Shown one piece after another: positions 1 to 9,142 of a DNA stretch of 64,000 nt. Both the position numbers and the translations under genes were made by a program. Every line of letters starts with the position of its first letter. The first letter of the stretch is position 1. Below the pieces are notes generated by a model. It was not told the DNA's origin. It did no database searches and saw only the letters and a list, made by a program, of their open reading frames with translations. The DNA is from Parcubacteria group bacterium (GTDB lineage: Bacteria; Patescibacteriota; Minisyncoccia; Phycocordibacterales; CSBR16-119), in contig CALRFT010000001.1 of assembly GCA_943356745.1 (NCBI GenBank), positions 139,984 to 203,983 on the forward strand, given 5' to 3'.

Positions 1-360
1 GTGTATATTACAAATACTGTAAAATATCGTCCACCAAACAATCGCGACCCTCTTCCAGAGGAAAAAATTTCCTGTCTTCCCTGGCTCGTCGAAGAACTTG
101 AGTGCATCAAACCAAAAATAATTATTCTTCTTGGAAGACATTCTCTCAATACCTTTTTCCCTGGAGAGTCAATCTCACAGGTTCATGGAAAACTTCTTAA
201 AAAGAAGGTTCACTTTGTGGTGGGAGAAAAGAAAATTTCAATGCCAAACGAATATTACCTCCCTCTCTATCACCCAGCCGCTGCGATGTACAATGGAGCA
301 CTTCGAGAAACTCTGATTGAAGATTTCAAAAAAATTCCTATTATTTTAAAACAAATATAA
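1..360 (+). CDS. Uracil-DNA glycosylase family 4 (C-terminal part; gene starts upstream of window)
   Basis: Translation has a family-4 UDG-like C-terminal region (PPNNRDP..CLPWL..KPKIIILLG ... LPLYHPAAAMYNGALRE). The ORF runs from window edge. Confidence 0.6.
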   Translation: MYITNTVKYRPPNNRDPLPEEKISCLPWLVEELECIKPKIIILLGRHSLNTFFPGESISQVHGKLLKKKVHFVVGEKKISMPNEYYLPLYHPAAAMYNGALRETLIEDFKKIPIILKQI

Positions 361-390
361 AAAGAAGCTCAAGTAGAGCTTCTTTTAATA
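361..390. terminator. Bidirectional intrinsic terminator between convergent genes
   Basis: GAAGCTC-aagta-GAGCTTC hairpin flanked by A-tract and T-tract. Confidence 0.5.
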
Positions 391-1635
391 TTATAGGAAC
401 CATACAGCTTGTTTAAACTGTCGACCCCTGTCTTCATAGTTTTCAAAAAGATCAAAACTTTGACACGCGGGAGAAAAAACAACAGCGTCACCAGATCTCG
501 CTTTACGATGAGCGATTTGAACTGCTTGCATTATTGAAGTGACTCTGGTTATTTCGGGCACAATACCCTGAAAAAAAATACCCACACGTGAAGTATCTTG
601 TCCAAGAAGTATTAAGGAAATAACTTTCTGTTTAGCTAACTTCAGAATTAGTTCATAGTCACTTTCTTTATCAATTTCTCCCGCAATCCAAATGATGGGT
701 TTTTCTATTATCTCGAGTGTGAACCATGCTCTATTAATATTTACAGCACCGCTGTCGTTCCAATACTCAATGCCTTCAACTATTCTAAAAAGTTCCCGTT
801 GGTGCTCCTGAGCAAAAGCATCCTCAAAAGACTCTCGAATATTAACTTTACGAATATCGAAAATTTTTTTTTGATCAATCAAGGAATTCTTTTTCTTTGA
901 AAGGTTTCCAGATTCAAGAATTAGAAAGCTAGACAGAGAAGAAAGACTTTTTATGCTTTTTTGTAACGTAATAGAAAAAGGTAACGAAATATCAGTTTCA
1001 ATTAATTTTTGGGATGAAGGAACTTCATGTTCGTCTGTTACTGCAATAATAGCTTCTAATTTTTCTTCCCCTGACAGAGAAACTATTTCTTCTACAGGTT
1101 TTTGTATTCCCGTTTCTCTTTTTTTTCTTTCTTTTCTTTCTTTTGAAATTTCACACTCAACAATTTCGGGTCGCGTATTTATTTCCAAATAGAAGTGTTT
1201 TGGTGTGACTGAATCAGAAGCTTTTTGAGAAACTGACTCAGTCTTGAATGAAAAAGAATCTGAAGAAAAAACAAAACTTAAAATATTCAAATCAATATCC
1301 GCAAGATCAATGAACCCATCATCTCCATCTAAACAAGCCCAGAAACCTAAACTTTTTATGAGATTGATAATTTCATTTTTATCTTGAGAAGTATTCGTAA
1401 ACTCAATAGTTAAATATTGAGACCATTCATCTGGATCTAAAAAAGTAAGTTCTTCGATCCCAAATTTTTTCAAAAAAACCCGAACAAAGGATGCGAGGAC
1501 CCTATATTCATCGTGTGAGGAAGGACATATTTTTAATTTTATATATTCTTCTTCAGACTCTTGATGAAGAATATCTATTTCTTCTTTTGTTTTTAGACGG
1601 TATAAGCCGCCCATAATTATTTGTGCGGTTGTCAT
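391..1635 (-). CDS. Mur ligase-family protein with a MurD-like C-terminal domain and a non-canonical N-terminal region (no P-loop)
   Basis: The C-terminal ~130 aa align to MurD domain 3 (AQEHQRELFRIVEGIEYWNDSGAVN; PIIWIAGEIDKESDYE; VVFSPACQSFDLFENYEDRGRQFKQAV). The N-terminal 280 aa lack GxxGKT and contain a KERKERKKRE low-complexity stretch encoded by a (CTTT)n-like tract near 1120-1150. Confidence 0.55.
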   Translation of the reverse strand: MTTAQIIMGGLYRLKTKEEIDILHQESEEEYIKLKICPSSHDEYRVLASFVRVFLKKFGIEELTFLDPDEWSQYLTIEFTNTSQDKNEIINLIKSLGFWACLDGDDGFIDLADIDLNILSFVFSSDSFSFKTESVSQKASDSVTPKHFYLEINTRPEIVECEISKERKERKKRETGIQKPVEEIVSLSGEEKLEAIIAVTDEHEVPSSQKLIETDISLPFSITLQKSIKSLSSLSSFLILESGNLSKKKNSLIDQKKIFDIRKVNIRESFEDAFAQEHQRELFRIVEGIEYWNDSGAVNINRAWFTLEIIEKPIIWIAGEIDKESDYELILKLAKQKVISLILLGQDTSRVGIFFQGIVPEITRVTSIMQAVQIAHRKARSGDAVVFSPACQSFDLFENYEDRGRQFKQAVWFL

Positions 1636-1703
1636 AGTGTACAGTTTTTTAATTTAACTAAACAGTACGCCTTATCATCAAGTTTTTCAAGTTGACAAAG
1701 TTA

Positions 1704-1733
1704 AAACAAAAAGCCCTTATAAAGGGCTTTTTA
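1704..1733 (-). terminator. Intrinsic terminator after 1738..2919 gene
   Basis: AAGCCCTT-ataa-AGGGCTT hairpin with T-run on minus strand. Confidence 0.5.
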
Positions 1734-1737
1734 GATA

Positions 1738-2919
1738 TTAAGAACTGTATTTTTTTGCAAAAACCTGCCGAAATTTATCAAGTTCTTCAAAGTCGTCTTC
1801 TATTTTTTTCAATATATCCAATTCTTGTTTTTTTAATTCGATCATTTCTTGAAAAATAGTCACGTCTTGCTCAGTGTGACGTTCTACTTGTGATAGAAAA
1901 CGCTCGATAATTTCAGTAAGTTCCTTCAAAAATCTATCTTTTAAAAAGATAAATTCTTGTTCAATAATTATCGGCTTTACAAGCTTCGAATTTGTGCCAA
2001 GATTTGTTTTTTGGGAAACACTCACAACTTTTTTAGAATCTAATTTTACATTTTCCTTGTGTTTATTTTTCCCTTTTTGAGTTGAATCAAAAACCAAAGA
2101 CTTCACACGCACACTGTTTTTATTTTCACCAACAAGATCAACGTCACAACCTTGAGACTTGAACAGGTCAAAAACTTTTGAAATATCGTCCGTATTCAAA
2201 ATACGAACAACAAACTCTGGCTCATTTCCCTGGTATTTGTAAGCAGTGCGAGGAAGTACTTCATATTCCGTGATTTCATTTTGTTGCAAATACCATTTAA
2301 AAAACTGAGAAATGGTACGAACTTTCTGTTTTGATTTCAACAAAGAAACTACTTCAATAAGTTCTTCGACTGTTTTAATAGTTTCATCATCATTGTCCTT
2401 GTTGAAATCTTGATCAGTGTCTAGGGTTTGATTTTTAATCTCTCGAGAGTCTTCTAGAGGAACTGAAGAGACTTGAGTATTATCTACTAAAGCCTGTTGT
2501 TGATCTTGCTGGTTAGGTCCTCCCGTTAAGCCATCATGTTGATTCTGGTCATCATCTTTAGAAACAAAATCTTTACAAAAGTTTTTAACCTTGTCATCCC
2601 CATACTCCAAAAGAAATTCTTGAGGAAGATTAAGTGAGATTTTAAATTTCTTAATATTTTGTTTTGAATCATGAGGAGTTACATTTGTAAGTTCCAAACC
2701 TTTTCCTTGCAAACAATCCCATAAAGGAGTGATATCTTGGTTTTCCATCAATGAATGAAATTGTACGGAACTGGAATCAAGACTGATATTTTTAACAGGT
2801 TCAGAAATACGGAAACCATTGTAAACTGATTCACCTAGTGCATTACGTAAAAAAGTAATAATTGCTCCTAAAAAACTAGAGGCAATCAATCTGTCAGGCT
2901 TAATTAGTTGTTGTGTCAT
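1738..2919 (-). CDS. Hypothetical protein (393 aa, acidic/Q-rich middle)
   Basis: Long intact ORF with a good flanking terminator. No recognisable motifs. Confidence 0.45.
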   Translation of the reverse strand: MTQQLIKPDRLIASSFLGAIITFLRNALGESVYNGFRISEPVKNISLDSSSVQFHSLMENQDITPLWDCLQGKGLELTNVTPHDSKQNIKKFKISLNLPQEFLLEYGDDKVKNFCKDFVSKDDDQNQHDGLTGGPNQQDQQQALVDNTQVSSVPLEDSREIKNQTLDTDQDFNKDNDDETIKTVEELIEVVSLLKSKQKVRTISQFFKWYLQQNEITEYEVLPRTAYKYQGNEPEFVVRILNTDDISKVFDLFKSQGCDVDLVGENKNSVRVKSLVFDSTQKGKNKHKENVKLDSKKVVSVSQKTNLGTNSKLVKPIIIEQEFIFLKDRFLKELTEIIERFLSQVERHTEQDVTIFQEMIELKKQELDILKKIEDDFEELDKFRQVFAKKYSS

Positions 2920-3023
2920 GAGATATGTATTTTTAAATTGAACAATTGATTTTTAGACACCTTACTCTTTTTACAACTAAAAATCAATAAATATTGCCAG
3001 AAAAGCAATAAAATGGGATAATT

Positions 3024-3590
3024 TTGCTATCTTTTCAAGACTGTAATAAAAGTGGTTTTGAAACGTCTATATATATGAGTGACATGGAAATTGAGAAAAT
3101 CAAACAACAGTACCTAGAACACTATGACGAGCTATCCCCTGCTTTGTATCGATTTTTCGTGTTTCAGACTAGCAACACAGAGGTCGCAAGCGATCTACTC
3201 CAGGAAACCTTTCTTAAAACCTGGGAATATATATCCCAAGGGAAACCAATACAAAATCTTAGGGCTTTCTTATATCAGGTAGCGAGAAATATCCTGACAG
3301 ACTACCGAAGAAAAAAGAAATCGAGCTCACTTGAATCTCTCACGGAAACAGGTCTTGATTTTGAATCAGAAACAGACATTCTGGAAGAAGAAAGTAAACA
3401 CGATGATTTTCGATACGTTATCGAAAAATTCAAAATTCTAGACACTGAACAAAAAGAGCTCATAACCCTTCGCTATGTCGAAGATAAAAGTATTTCAGAA
3501 ATTGCAGAAATTTTACAAGAAAGACCCAATACAATTTCAGTAAAAATTCATAGGGCTATAGAAAAACTCAAAAACCATATCAATCAATAA
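3024..3590 (+). CDS. RNA polymerase sigma-70 factor, ECF subfamily
   Basis: Sigma region 2 (ETFLKTWEYI) and region 4 HTH (SISEIAEIL..NTISVKIHRAIEKLK). Alternative start at 3075 (MSDMEIEK). Confidence 0.8.
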   Translation: MLSFQDCNKSGFETSIYMSDMEIEKIKQQYLEHYDELSPALYRFFVFQTSNTEVASDLLQETFLKTWEYISQGKPIQNLRAFLYQVARNILTDYRRKKKSSSLESLTETGLDFESETDILEEESKHDDFRYVIEKFKILDTEQKELITLRYVEDKSISEIAEILQERPNTISVKIHRAIEKLKNHINQ

Positions 3591-3596
3591 AACAAC

Positions 3597-4961
3597 ATGA
3601 ATGATAACTTCAACAAGTTAATACAGTCAGCAAAACAAATAGAACTTTCTTCAGAAAAGAAAGGTATTATTCGTACGCGACTTGAAAGTTTTATTGAACT
3701 TACCCCAATCACACAAACAGTTTCAAAACCTATCAAATCTCCATTCACACCTCGAATTTCAATTTCATATTTTAGCAAGGCAATTAGTTTTGCTTTGATT
3801 GTTCTCATTGCAGGAGGAAGCACGATTTCATATGCGTCAGAAGACACACTCCCAGGCGACACGCTTTATACAGTTAAAGTAAATGTTAAAGAACCTCTTG
3901 AACAAAAACTTGCTCTGACTCCACAAGCAAAACTTGAAGTAAAAACAAAACAAGTAGAAAAGCGTCTCACTGAAGCCCAAACTCTTCTTCAAAAAAATGA
4001 TACTAGCCCAGAAAAACACAAAGAAGTTGAAGTACGAGTAGAAAAACAAGTAGAAGAAATCGCACAAACGATTAGTGAACTTCAAGAAAAAGGAGATGTT
4101 GAAACAATTCTTTCTGCAACATCAAAACTTCAACCTGTTCTCAAAGCTCACCAGGAAGCACTTCAAAAAGAAGTTAATGAACCAAGTACTGAATTACTAG
4201 CGAAATCAGTTAATCCTGTTGAGATTTCTACTTTTATGGATTCTGAAAATGAATCTTCAGACATAAGTCGTGTTAGTCTTGTTCAAGAAACAGAAACAAT
4301 TGAAGCAACTGAAACATCAGATGTATCCGAACTCAAATCATCTCTTGCTGATAGTCTTCTTAAAACAGTAGAAAAAACACTTCTTCAAGTTGAAGAACAA
4401 GAAACTAAAGCACTTGAATCAGTTGAGAACCTCGAAGTAACAGAAATAAACAAAGAACTTATTTCTTCTGTAACGGACAAAAAAGTAGAAGAAGCGACAA
4501 AAGAAATTGAAGAGATTAAAAATCAAATCTCTCAAAACGAAACCATCATCTCTGAATCTTCGAATGTATCAGAACCTGAATCAACTCTTGAGCAAACTAT
4601 CGAAGCTGAAGTTATTGTTCTCGAAACAACAATTAAACAAGACGAACTTATTCTCACTCTAGCTGACGCTGAAATTCTCCTTGCTGAATCTAAAAACCTT
4701 TACGAGCAAGGTTTGTATAAAGAATCATTAGAAAAAGCACAAGAAGCAATCAAAATCACCGCAATGATTGAGGCAAACAAAAAAATTGAAGCGGCTAAAG
4801 AAATAAAAATTGAAACAAAAACAGATATTTCTGAACCTGTTATCATCCCAGAAAAAATTATTCCTTCTGAAACTCAAATACAGATTGAAGATCAAGCGAG
4901 TCAAGCTATACAATCCCTTGAAAACTCACTTATTCTCAAACAAAATAAAAACGCACAGTAA
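3597..4961 (+). CDS. Membrane-anchored coiled-coil protein, putative anti-sigma factor
   Basis: Starts 7 nt after the ECF sigma stop. Single TM helix (ISFALIVLIAGG), then a long E/K-rich coiled-coil extracytoplasmic region. Confidence 0.45.
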   Translation: MNDNFNKLIQSAKQIELSSEKKGIIRTRLESFIELTPITQTVSKPIKSPFTPRISISYFSKAISFALIVLIAGGSTISYASEDTLPGDTLYTVKVNVKEPLEQKLALTPQAKLEVKTKQVEKRLTEAQTLLQKNDTSPEKHKEVEVRVEKQVEEIAQTISELQEKGDVETILSATSKLQPVLKAHQEALQKEVNEPSTELLAKSVNPVEISTFMDSENESSDISRVSLVQETETIEATETSDVSELKSSLADSLLKTVEKTLLQVEEQETKALESVENLEVTEINKELISSVTDKKVEEATKEIEEIKNQISQNETIISESSNVSEPESTLEQTIEAEVIVLETTIKQDELILTLADAEILLAESKNLYEQGLYKESLEKAQEAIKITAMIEANKKIEAAKEIKIETKTDISEPVIIPEKIIPSETQIQIEDQASQAIQSLENSLILKQNKNAQ

Positions 4962-4976
4962 TCATGTGCGTTTTTA

Positions 4977-6395
4977 TTATTCTTCTATAACTTCATAACC
5001 AGAAATCTCTTCTTGAGATTGTTTTTTTGAATTAAATAAAATCCAAACAATGATTGAAATCAATACCGCTAATAGTGCGAATAATCCAACATACATGGTT
5101 TTTTGATCTGAATACGAAACAAGGGATACAGCATCCTCAGTATTGCTCTCAATAAAATTATCAGTCACAACCGGACTAGTCTTTGTATCCTGTATTTTTG
5201 ATACCGTAGAACTTTTTTCTACTTCTGAAGCTGGAGACTTATTTTCTTCCAAGATGACAGGTACCATCTCACCTCTAGCATCCTTAATGACAATTGAAGA
5301 ATTTTGAAGTTTGGTTACACTTCCAGGAAAAGTAATGGTTTTACCAGCTCGGACGAGTGTATATTTTGGAATTGTAAATATCAATGAATCACTTTGTATT
5401 GACCAATACGACATATCTAAAGTATGTGAAGATGTATTTTTTAAAACAATAGTTCCATCTGTTTTAAAAGTTTCAAGTACAAGAGAATGGTCGGTTATGG
5501 AAATAATATGTTCATCATAGATATATGGATCAAGCTCTGAAAGATCTTTTCCAAAAGTAAAACGGTGATATGAAAGTGTTACAACATATTCGCCAGGATA
5601 TTGATAAATATATGCAAAATCTTCTTTCTTTGTTTTATACAACACAGTTCCATCTCCCATATTCCAAGCATAAATTCCCTTTCTAATCTCAGCATTATCA
5701 TCATTAGTTAGAAAACTTTCAAACAAAACAGGAACTCCGACAAAAGATTGTTTAACTGCTTCTATTGTTCCTTTTGGTGCTGTCTTTTTTGTTTTTTCCT
5801 GAATAGATGACGAACTTGATTTTGTTGTAGTAGTACCTTCATCTTCTTCTTCATTTTCAGAATCACCATCTTCACTCTCATCTTCTTCATTGTCATCAGT
5901 TTCTGTTTCCAAAGAGATATTTTGAGATTTCGGAGTTGCCTCTCCTTCTCTCCATGAAGAACCAAAGCGCGACAGGGTTCCAGTTGAAGAACTTTGCATG
6001 TCACCCCAACCCGAAGAGAAATTTGTAGAATCGATAACCGTTCCCAGGCTATTTTTTAAGACCAAATTCTCTCCTTCATTTGAAAGTGCACCGGAATAAA
6101 ATTTGGATGCTGTTTCTTCTGGAACAGTTGAATCATCTGTTCTTTCGAGAAGAATATATTCGGAAGGATTAACTGATATACCCGAAAGATTAATTGATGG
6201 AGCTCCGTCAGAAGCCTCCAAAAGCCAACCGTCCAAATTTATAGTTTCTGATCCTTCATTATATAATTCAATCCATTCATTATTTGCATCCCCTAAATAT
6301 CCTTGCCAGGCAATCTCATTAATTACCAAAGATGCCGAAGAAATATTCGGCATCCAAAACAACATAATAAAAATAAACAATCTTACACACCTCAT
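4977..6395 (-). CDS. Secreted protein with lamin-tail domain and PKD-like domain, C-terminal TM anchor
   Basis: Signal peptide. LTD motif (LVINEIAWQG..NEWIELYNEGSETINLDGWLL). Acidic linker. PKD-like WNMGDGT..YPGEYVVTL. C-terminal hydrophobic helix. Confidence 0.5.
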   Translation of the reverse strand: MRCVRLFIFIMLFWMPNISSASLVINEIAWQGYLGDANNEWIELYNEGSETINLDGWLLEASDGAPSINLSGISVNPSEYILLERTDDSTVPEETASKFYSGALSNEGENLVLKNSLGTVIDSTNFSSGWGDMQSSSTGTLSRFGSSWREGEATPKSQNISLETETDDNEEDESEDGDSENEEEDEGTTTTKSSSSSIQEKTKKTAPKGTIEAVKQSFVGVPVLFESFLTNDDNAEIRKGIYAWNMGDGTVLYKTKKEDFAYIYQYPGEYVVTLSYHRFTFGKDLSELDPYIYDEHIISITDHSLVLETFKTDGTIVLKNTSSHTLDMSYWSIQSDSLIFTIPKYTLVRAGKTITFPGSVTKLQNSSIVIKDARGEMVPVILEENKSPASEVEKSSTVSKIQDTKTSPVVTDNFIESNTEDAVSLVSYSDQKTMYVGLFALLAVLISIIVWILFNSKKQSQEEISGYEVIEE

Positions 6396-6399
6396 GATA

Positions 6400-8412
6400 T
6401 TAATCTAAAATACTCCGCAATACATCTTCTGGAACTTCTTTGTGTGAAGATGTTTTTTCTTCATAATGAACCTTTGTATCAAAAGTATTCCAGTTTTCAT
6501 CATCTGATTGTTTAGTATATTTTTCTAAAATAGACTCAGCTTCATTTACAAGATTTTGAAGTGACACAACATGAACGACTTCTGCTTTTTTTTGTACCGG
6601 CTTTTGAAGTATTTGTGGCTTGTGAGGAAGTGTCGGCTGCAGGTCTTCTTTCTTAGGCTGAGCATTCTTGAGAGCCATCGCTAATGCATTTTTGAGTGCA
6701 TTTTTATTTTCTTCACTTGCTTCTTTTTTACTAAAACGAAGATTAGTATTTGGAATATTTTTAGTCTCTTGTTTTTGAGTTTCAGTAGACTGGATAAAAT
6801 CCCTCACACCTTGTGGAAGATCTTTTTTAATTGGGGGTGTTTTCGGTTTAAACACTTTTGGCGCCTGCTGAATATTTTGTTTTTGAAGTTGCTTTTCTTC
6901 CTGTCTTGGAATTTCAATTTTTGGAATAACTATTTTACTCACAATAGGTGGTGGAGTATCCTCAACAAGCTGTGTTTTCTCTTGTGAAATAGTTTGCTGT
7001 ATATCAAGAGGAATAATTATCTTCGAAGGTTTTTCTTCTTCTTTTGGAGTATCAAATCGTGGTTTTGAACCAAACTTCTCAATTCTTTTTTGAGTTTGTT
7101 TCATTTCCCTATTTGTTTCAAAATGTGTACCGTGCCAATTATTAATAAATTCTTCAATTTCAGCTCGAGGTTTTGCAAATTGAGTACGAGAAGAATCAAT
7201 CACCTGTGTTCGGTAACTAATTTCGGGTTTTTCAAGTGGCCCAATTCCCACAGCAGAAAAAGGACGAGATCCCACATCGTCAATCATGAGAGAAAGGTAA
7301 AATTGAAATCGTCCAAGATTCACAATATCTTCTTGGGTAAATACCGGCGCAAAAACTTTCTCCAAAACCTCAGCATCCATCGGACCAACTCGATATGAAA
7401 TTGTTGTTCCCACGTTACCAAATACAGCATCTGAAACCGGCTCATCCATTTGAGCAATGTATTGGTGAGCAACAGTCAAAGCTAGTTTGTATTTTCGAGC
7501 TTCGGCCAAAATATCTGCAAAAGATTCATTTGCAAAGTTTTGAAACTCGTCCACAAACAAATAGAAATCCGGGAGTTTTGCAAGTTCTGACTTTGGAACA
7601 TCTGCACGACTCATCGCGCCAAGGTAAATTGCAGTAATAATCATACCTCCAAGAAGAGCTGCGTTTTGTTCTCCGATTTGTCCTTTTGAAAGGTTTACCA
7701 AAAATATTTTTTGGTTGTCCATCATGTCTCGAACATTAAAAGAAGACTTTGGTTGACCAATAATATTTCGAATGACTGGATTGGTAGTAAACTGCCCAAT
7801 CTTGTTTTGAATCGCAGGTACCGATTCGGCCTGCATACGTTCTGTATAGTTTGCAAATTCATCAACCCAAAAAGACCGGACACTTGGATCTTTCACATGC
7901 CTTACCACTTCATCTCGAAACCCCTTATCGGAAAGCATTCGGTTTACTGAAAGAAGTGTTGAGTTTGGATATTCCAAAAGCGCGAGAATTGTATTGTTTA
8001 AAATATATTCCATTCGAGCAGACCATGCGTCAACCCAAATCTTTTTAAAGGTAGACATAAGTCCAGACGATACAAGGTATCGTTTTGTTGGATCAATATC
8101 TTCCATAACATTAAAAGCAATCGGATACTCAGAATCAAAAGGCGCAAAATATACAACATCTTTCATTCGATGTTCTGGAATATAATCAAGCAGAGTTTCA
8201 ATAGCAGAACCGTGCGGATCAATAAAACACATTCCTTCTCCGTTTTGAATGTCTTGTGCTGCCATGTTTTCAAGTAGGGTAGATTTACCCATACCTGTTT
8301 TTCCAATCACATACACATGTCTTGCTCTGTCTTTATTTTTAATACCAAAACGCTTTCGTTCATTACGAAAGTCTGTAAGACCGAAATATGTAATTTTGTT
8401 TCCATCTGACAT
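6400..8412 (-). CDS. TraD/TraG/VirD4-family P-loop ATPase (T4SS coupling-protein-like), soluble, with disordered P/Q/K-rich tail
   Basis: Walker A (VYVIGKTGMGKST), DPHG box (CFIDPHGSAIE) and Walker B (LFVDEFQNF). No N-terminal TM helices. Confidence 0.55.
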   Translation of the reverse strand: MSDGNKITYFGLTDFRNERKRFGIKNKDRARHVYVIGKTGMGKSTLLENMAAQDIQNGEGMCFIDPHGSAIETLLDYIPEHRMKDVVYFAPFDSEYPIAFNVMEDIDPTKRYLVSSGLMSTFKKIWVDAWSARMEYILNNTILALLEYPNSTLLSVNRMLSDKGFRDEVVRHVKDPSVRSFWVDEFANYTERMQAESVPAIQNKIGQFTTNPVIRNIIGQPKSSFNVRDMMDNQKIFLVNLSKGQIGEQNAALLGGMIITAIYLGAMSRADVPKSELAKLPDFYLFVDEFQNFANESFADILAEARKYKLALTVAHQYIAQMDEPVSDAVFGNVGTTISYRVGPMDAEVLEKVFAPVFTQEDIVNLGRFQFYLSLMIDDVGSRPFSAVGIGPLEKPEISYRTQVIDSSRTQFAKPRAEIEEFINNWHGTHFETNREMKQTQKRIEKFGSKPRFDTPKEEEKPSKIIIPLDIQQTISQEKTQLVEDTPPPIVSKIVIPKIEIPRQEEKQLQKQNIQQAPKVFKPKTPPIKKDLPQGVRDFIQSTETQKQETKNIPNTNLRFSKKEASEENKNALKNALAMALKNAQPKKEDLQPTLPHKPQILQKPVQKKAEVVHVVSLQNLVNEAESILEKYTKQSDDENWNTFDTKVHYEEKTSSHKEVPEDVLRSILD

Positions 8413-8924
8413 TATTGTTTTACTTGTTTTTTAGTTGCTGTTTTTCTTTTTCGAACAACTGCTTTTTTTACAGGCTCTCTTTTTGTTTCAAGATATGCTT
8501 GTACACTAAAGTATGTTGAGAGTATAAATACTGCATTTAATATTTGACTGATCCAAAATAGAAATAGAGACAGCGCATTTGTGCTATCTTGAATAAAAAC
8601 AGAAACAGCAAGTATAAATGAACAGATAAAACCTGTTATAGAAACCACGAGGTTAAATACCGCAACCTTCTTCCCTTCTCCTAAAAGAGTTCCAAAAAGA
8701 AGCGCGATCCAAAGTACAATAGTAGCCAAAATCGGAGCCTCTTCTATCAGCATATTTGGTGGTATTAAAACAAGCACCGTCGCCAAAACAGAAACAGCAA
8801 TAAGTAGTGCTGCGACGACAAAAAGATAGATTGTATTTTTTCTATAAAAATGGAACAGTTGTTTATCCATAGAGAACAAAGATTTATTTAGTAATACACA
8901 TAAGTAATTATATATCAAAATCAA
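8412..8924 (-). CDS. Small polytopic membrane protein, translationally coupled to the downstream TraD-like ATPase
   Basis: Four or five hydrophobic helices. Its stop overlaps the ATG of the 6400..8412 gene (ATGA-type junction). Confidence 0.45.
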   Translation of the reverse strand: MILIYNYLCVLLNKSLFSMDKQLFHFYRKNTIYLFVVAALLIAVSVLATVLVLIPPNMLIEEAPILATIVLWIALLFGTLLGEGKKVAVFNLVVSITGFICSFILAVSVFIQDSTNALSLFLFWISQILNAVFILSTYFSVQAYLETKREPVKKAVVRKRKTATKKQVKQ

Positions 8925-9142
8925 AAAATATTATTCAAAAACTGTGGGTATTTACAAAAAAGAAAGATTATAGTAATCTACAAGAACAAACAGCTTGTTT
9001 AGGTTGTTATATAAAGGTGTATAAACCTTTGTTTTGTCTTCGCTCAGACGATATGAAAATTATATTTTCATACGCTCTTCGCTCGACGAAATAAATTATT
9101 AGTAAACGGTTTTTTAGGCTAACCTTATTACCTTTTTTCACA

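Noticed and set aside
6400-8412. TraD/VirD4-like ATPase taken as evidence of a conjugative plasmid or ICE
   Set aside because: No relaxase, VirB4, VirB6/8-like or pilin genes occur within the window. The flanking genes are chromosomal housekeeping genes (rpsA, ECF sigma). Solitary T4CP-like genes are common in streamlined genomes.
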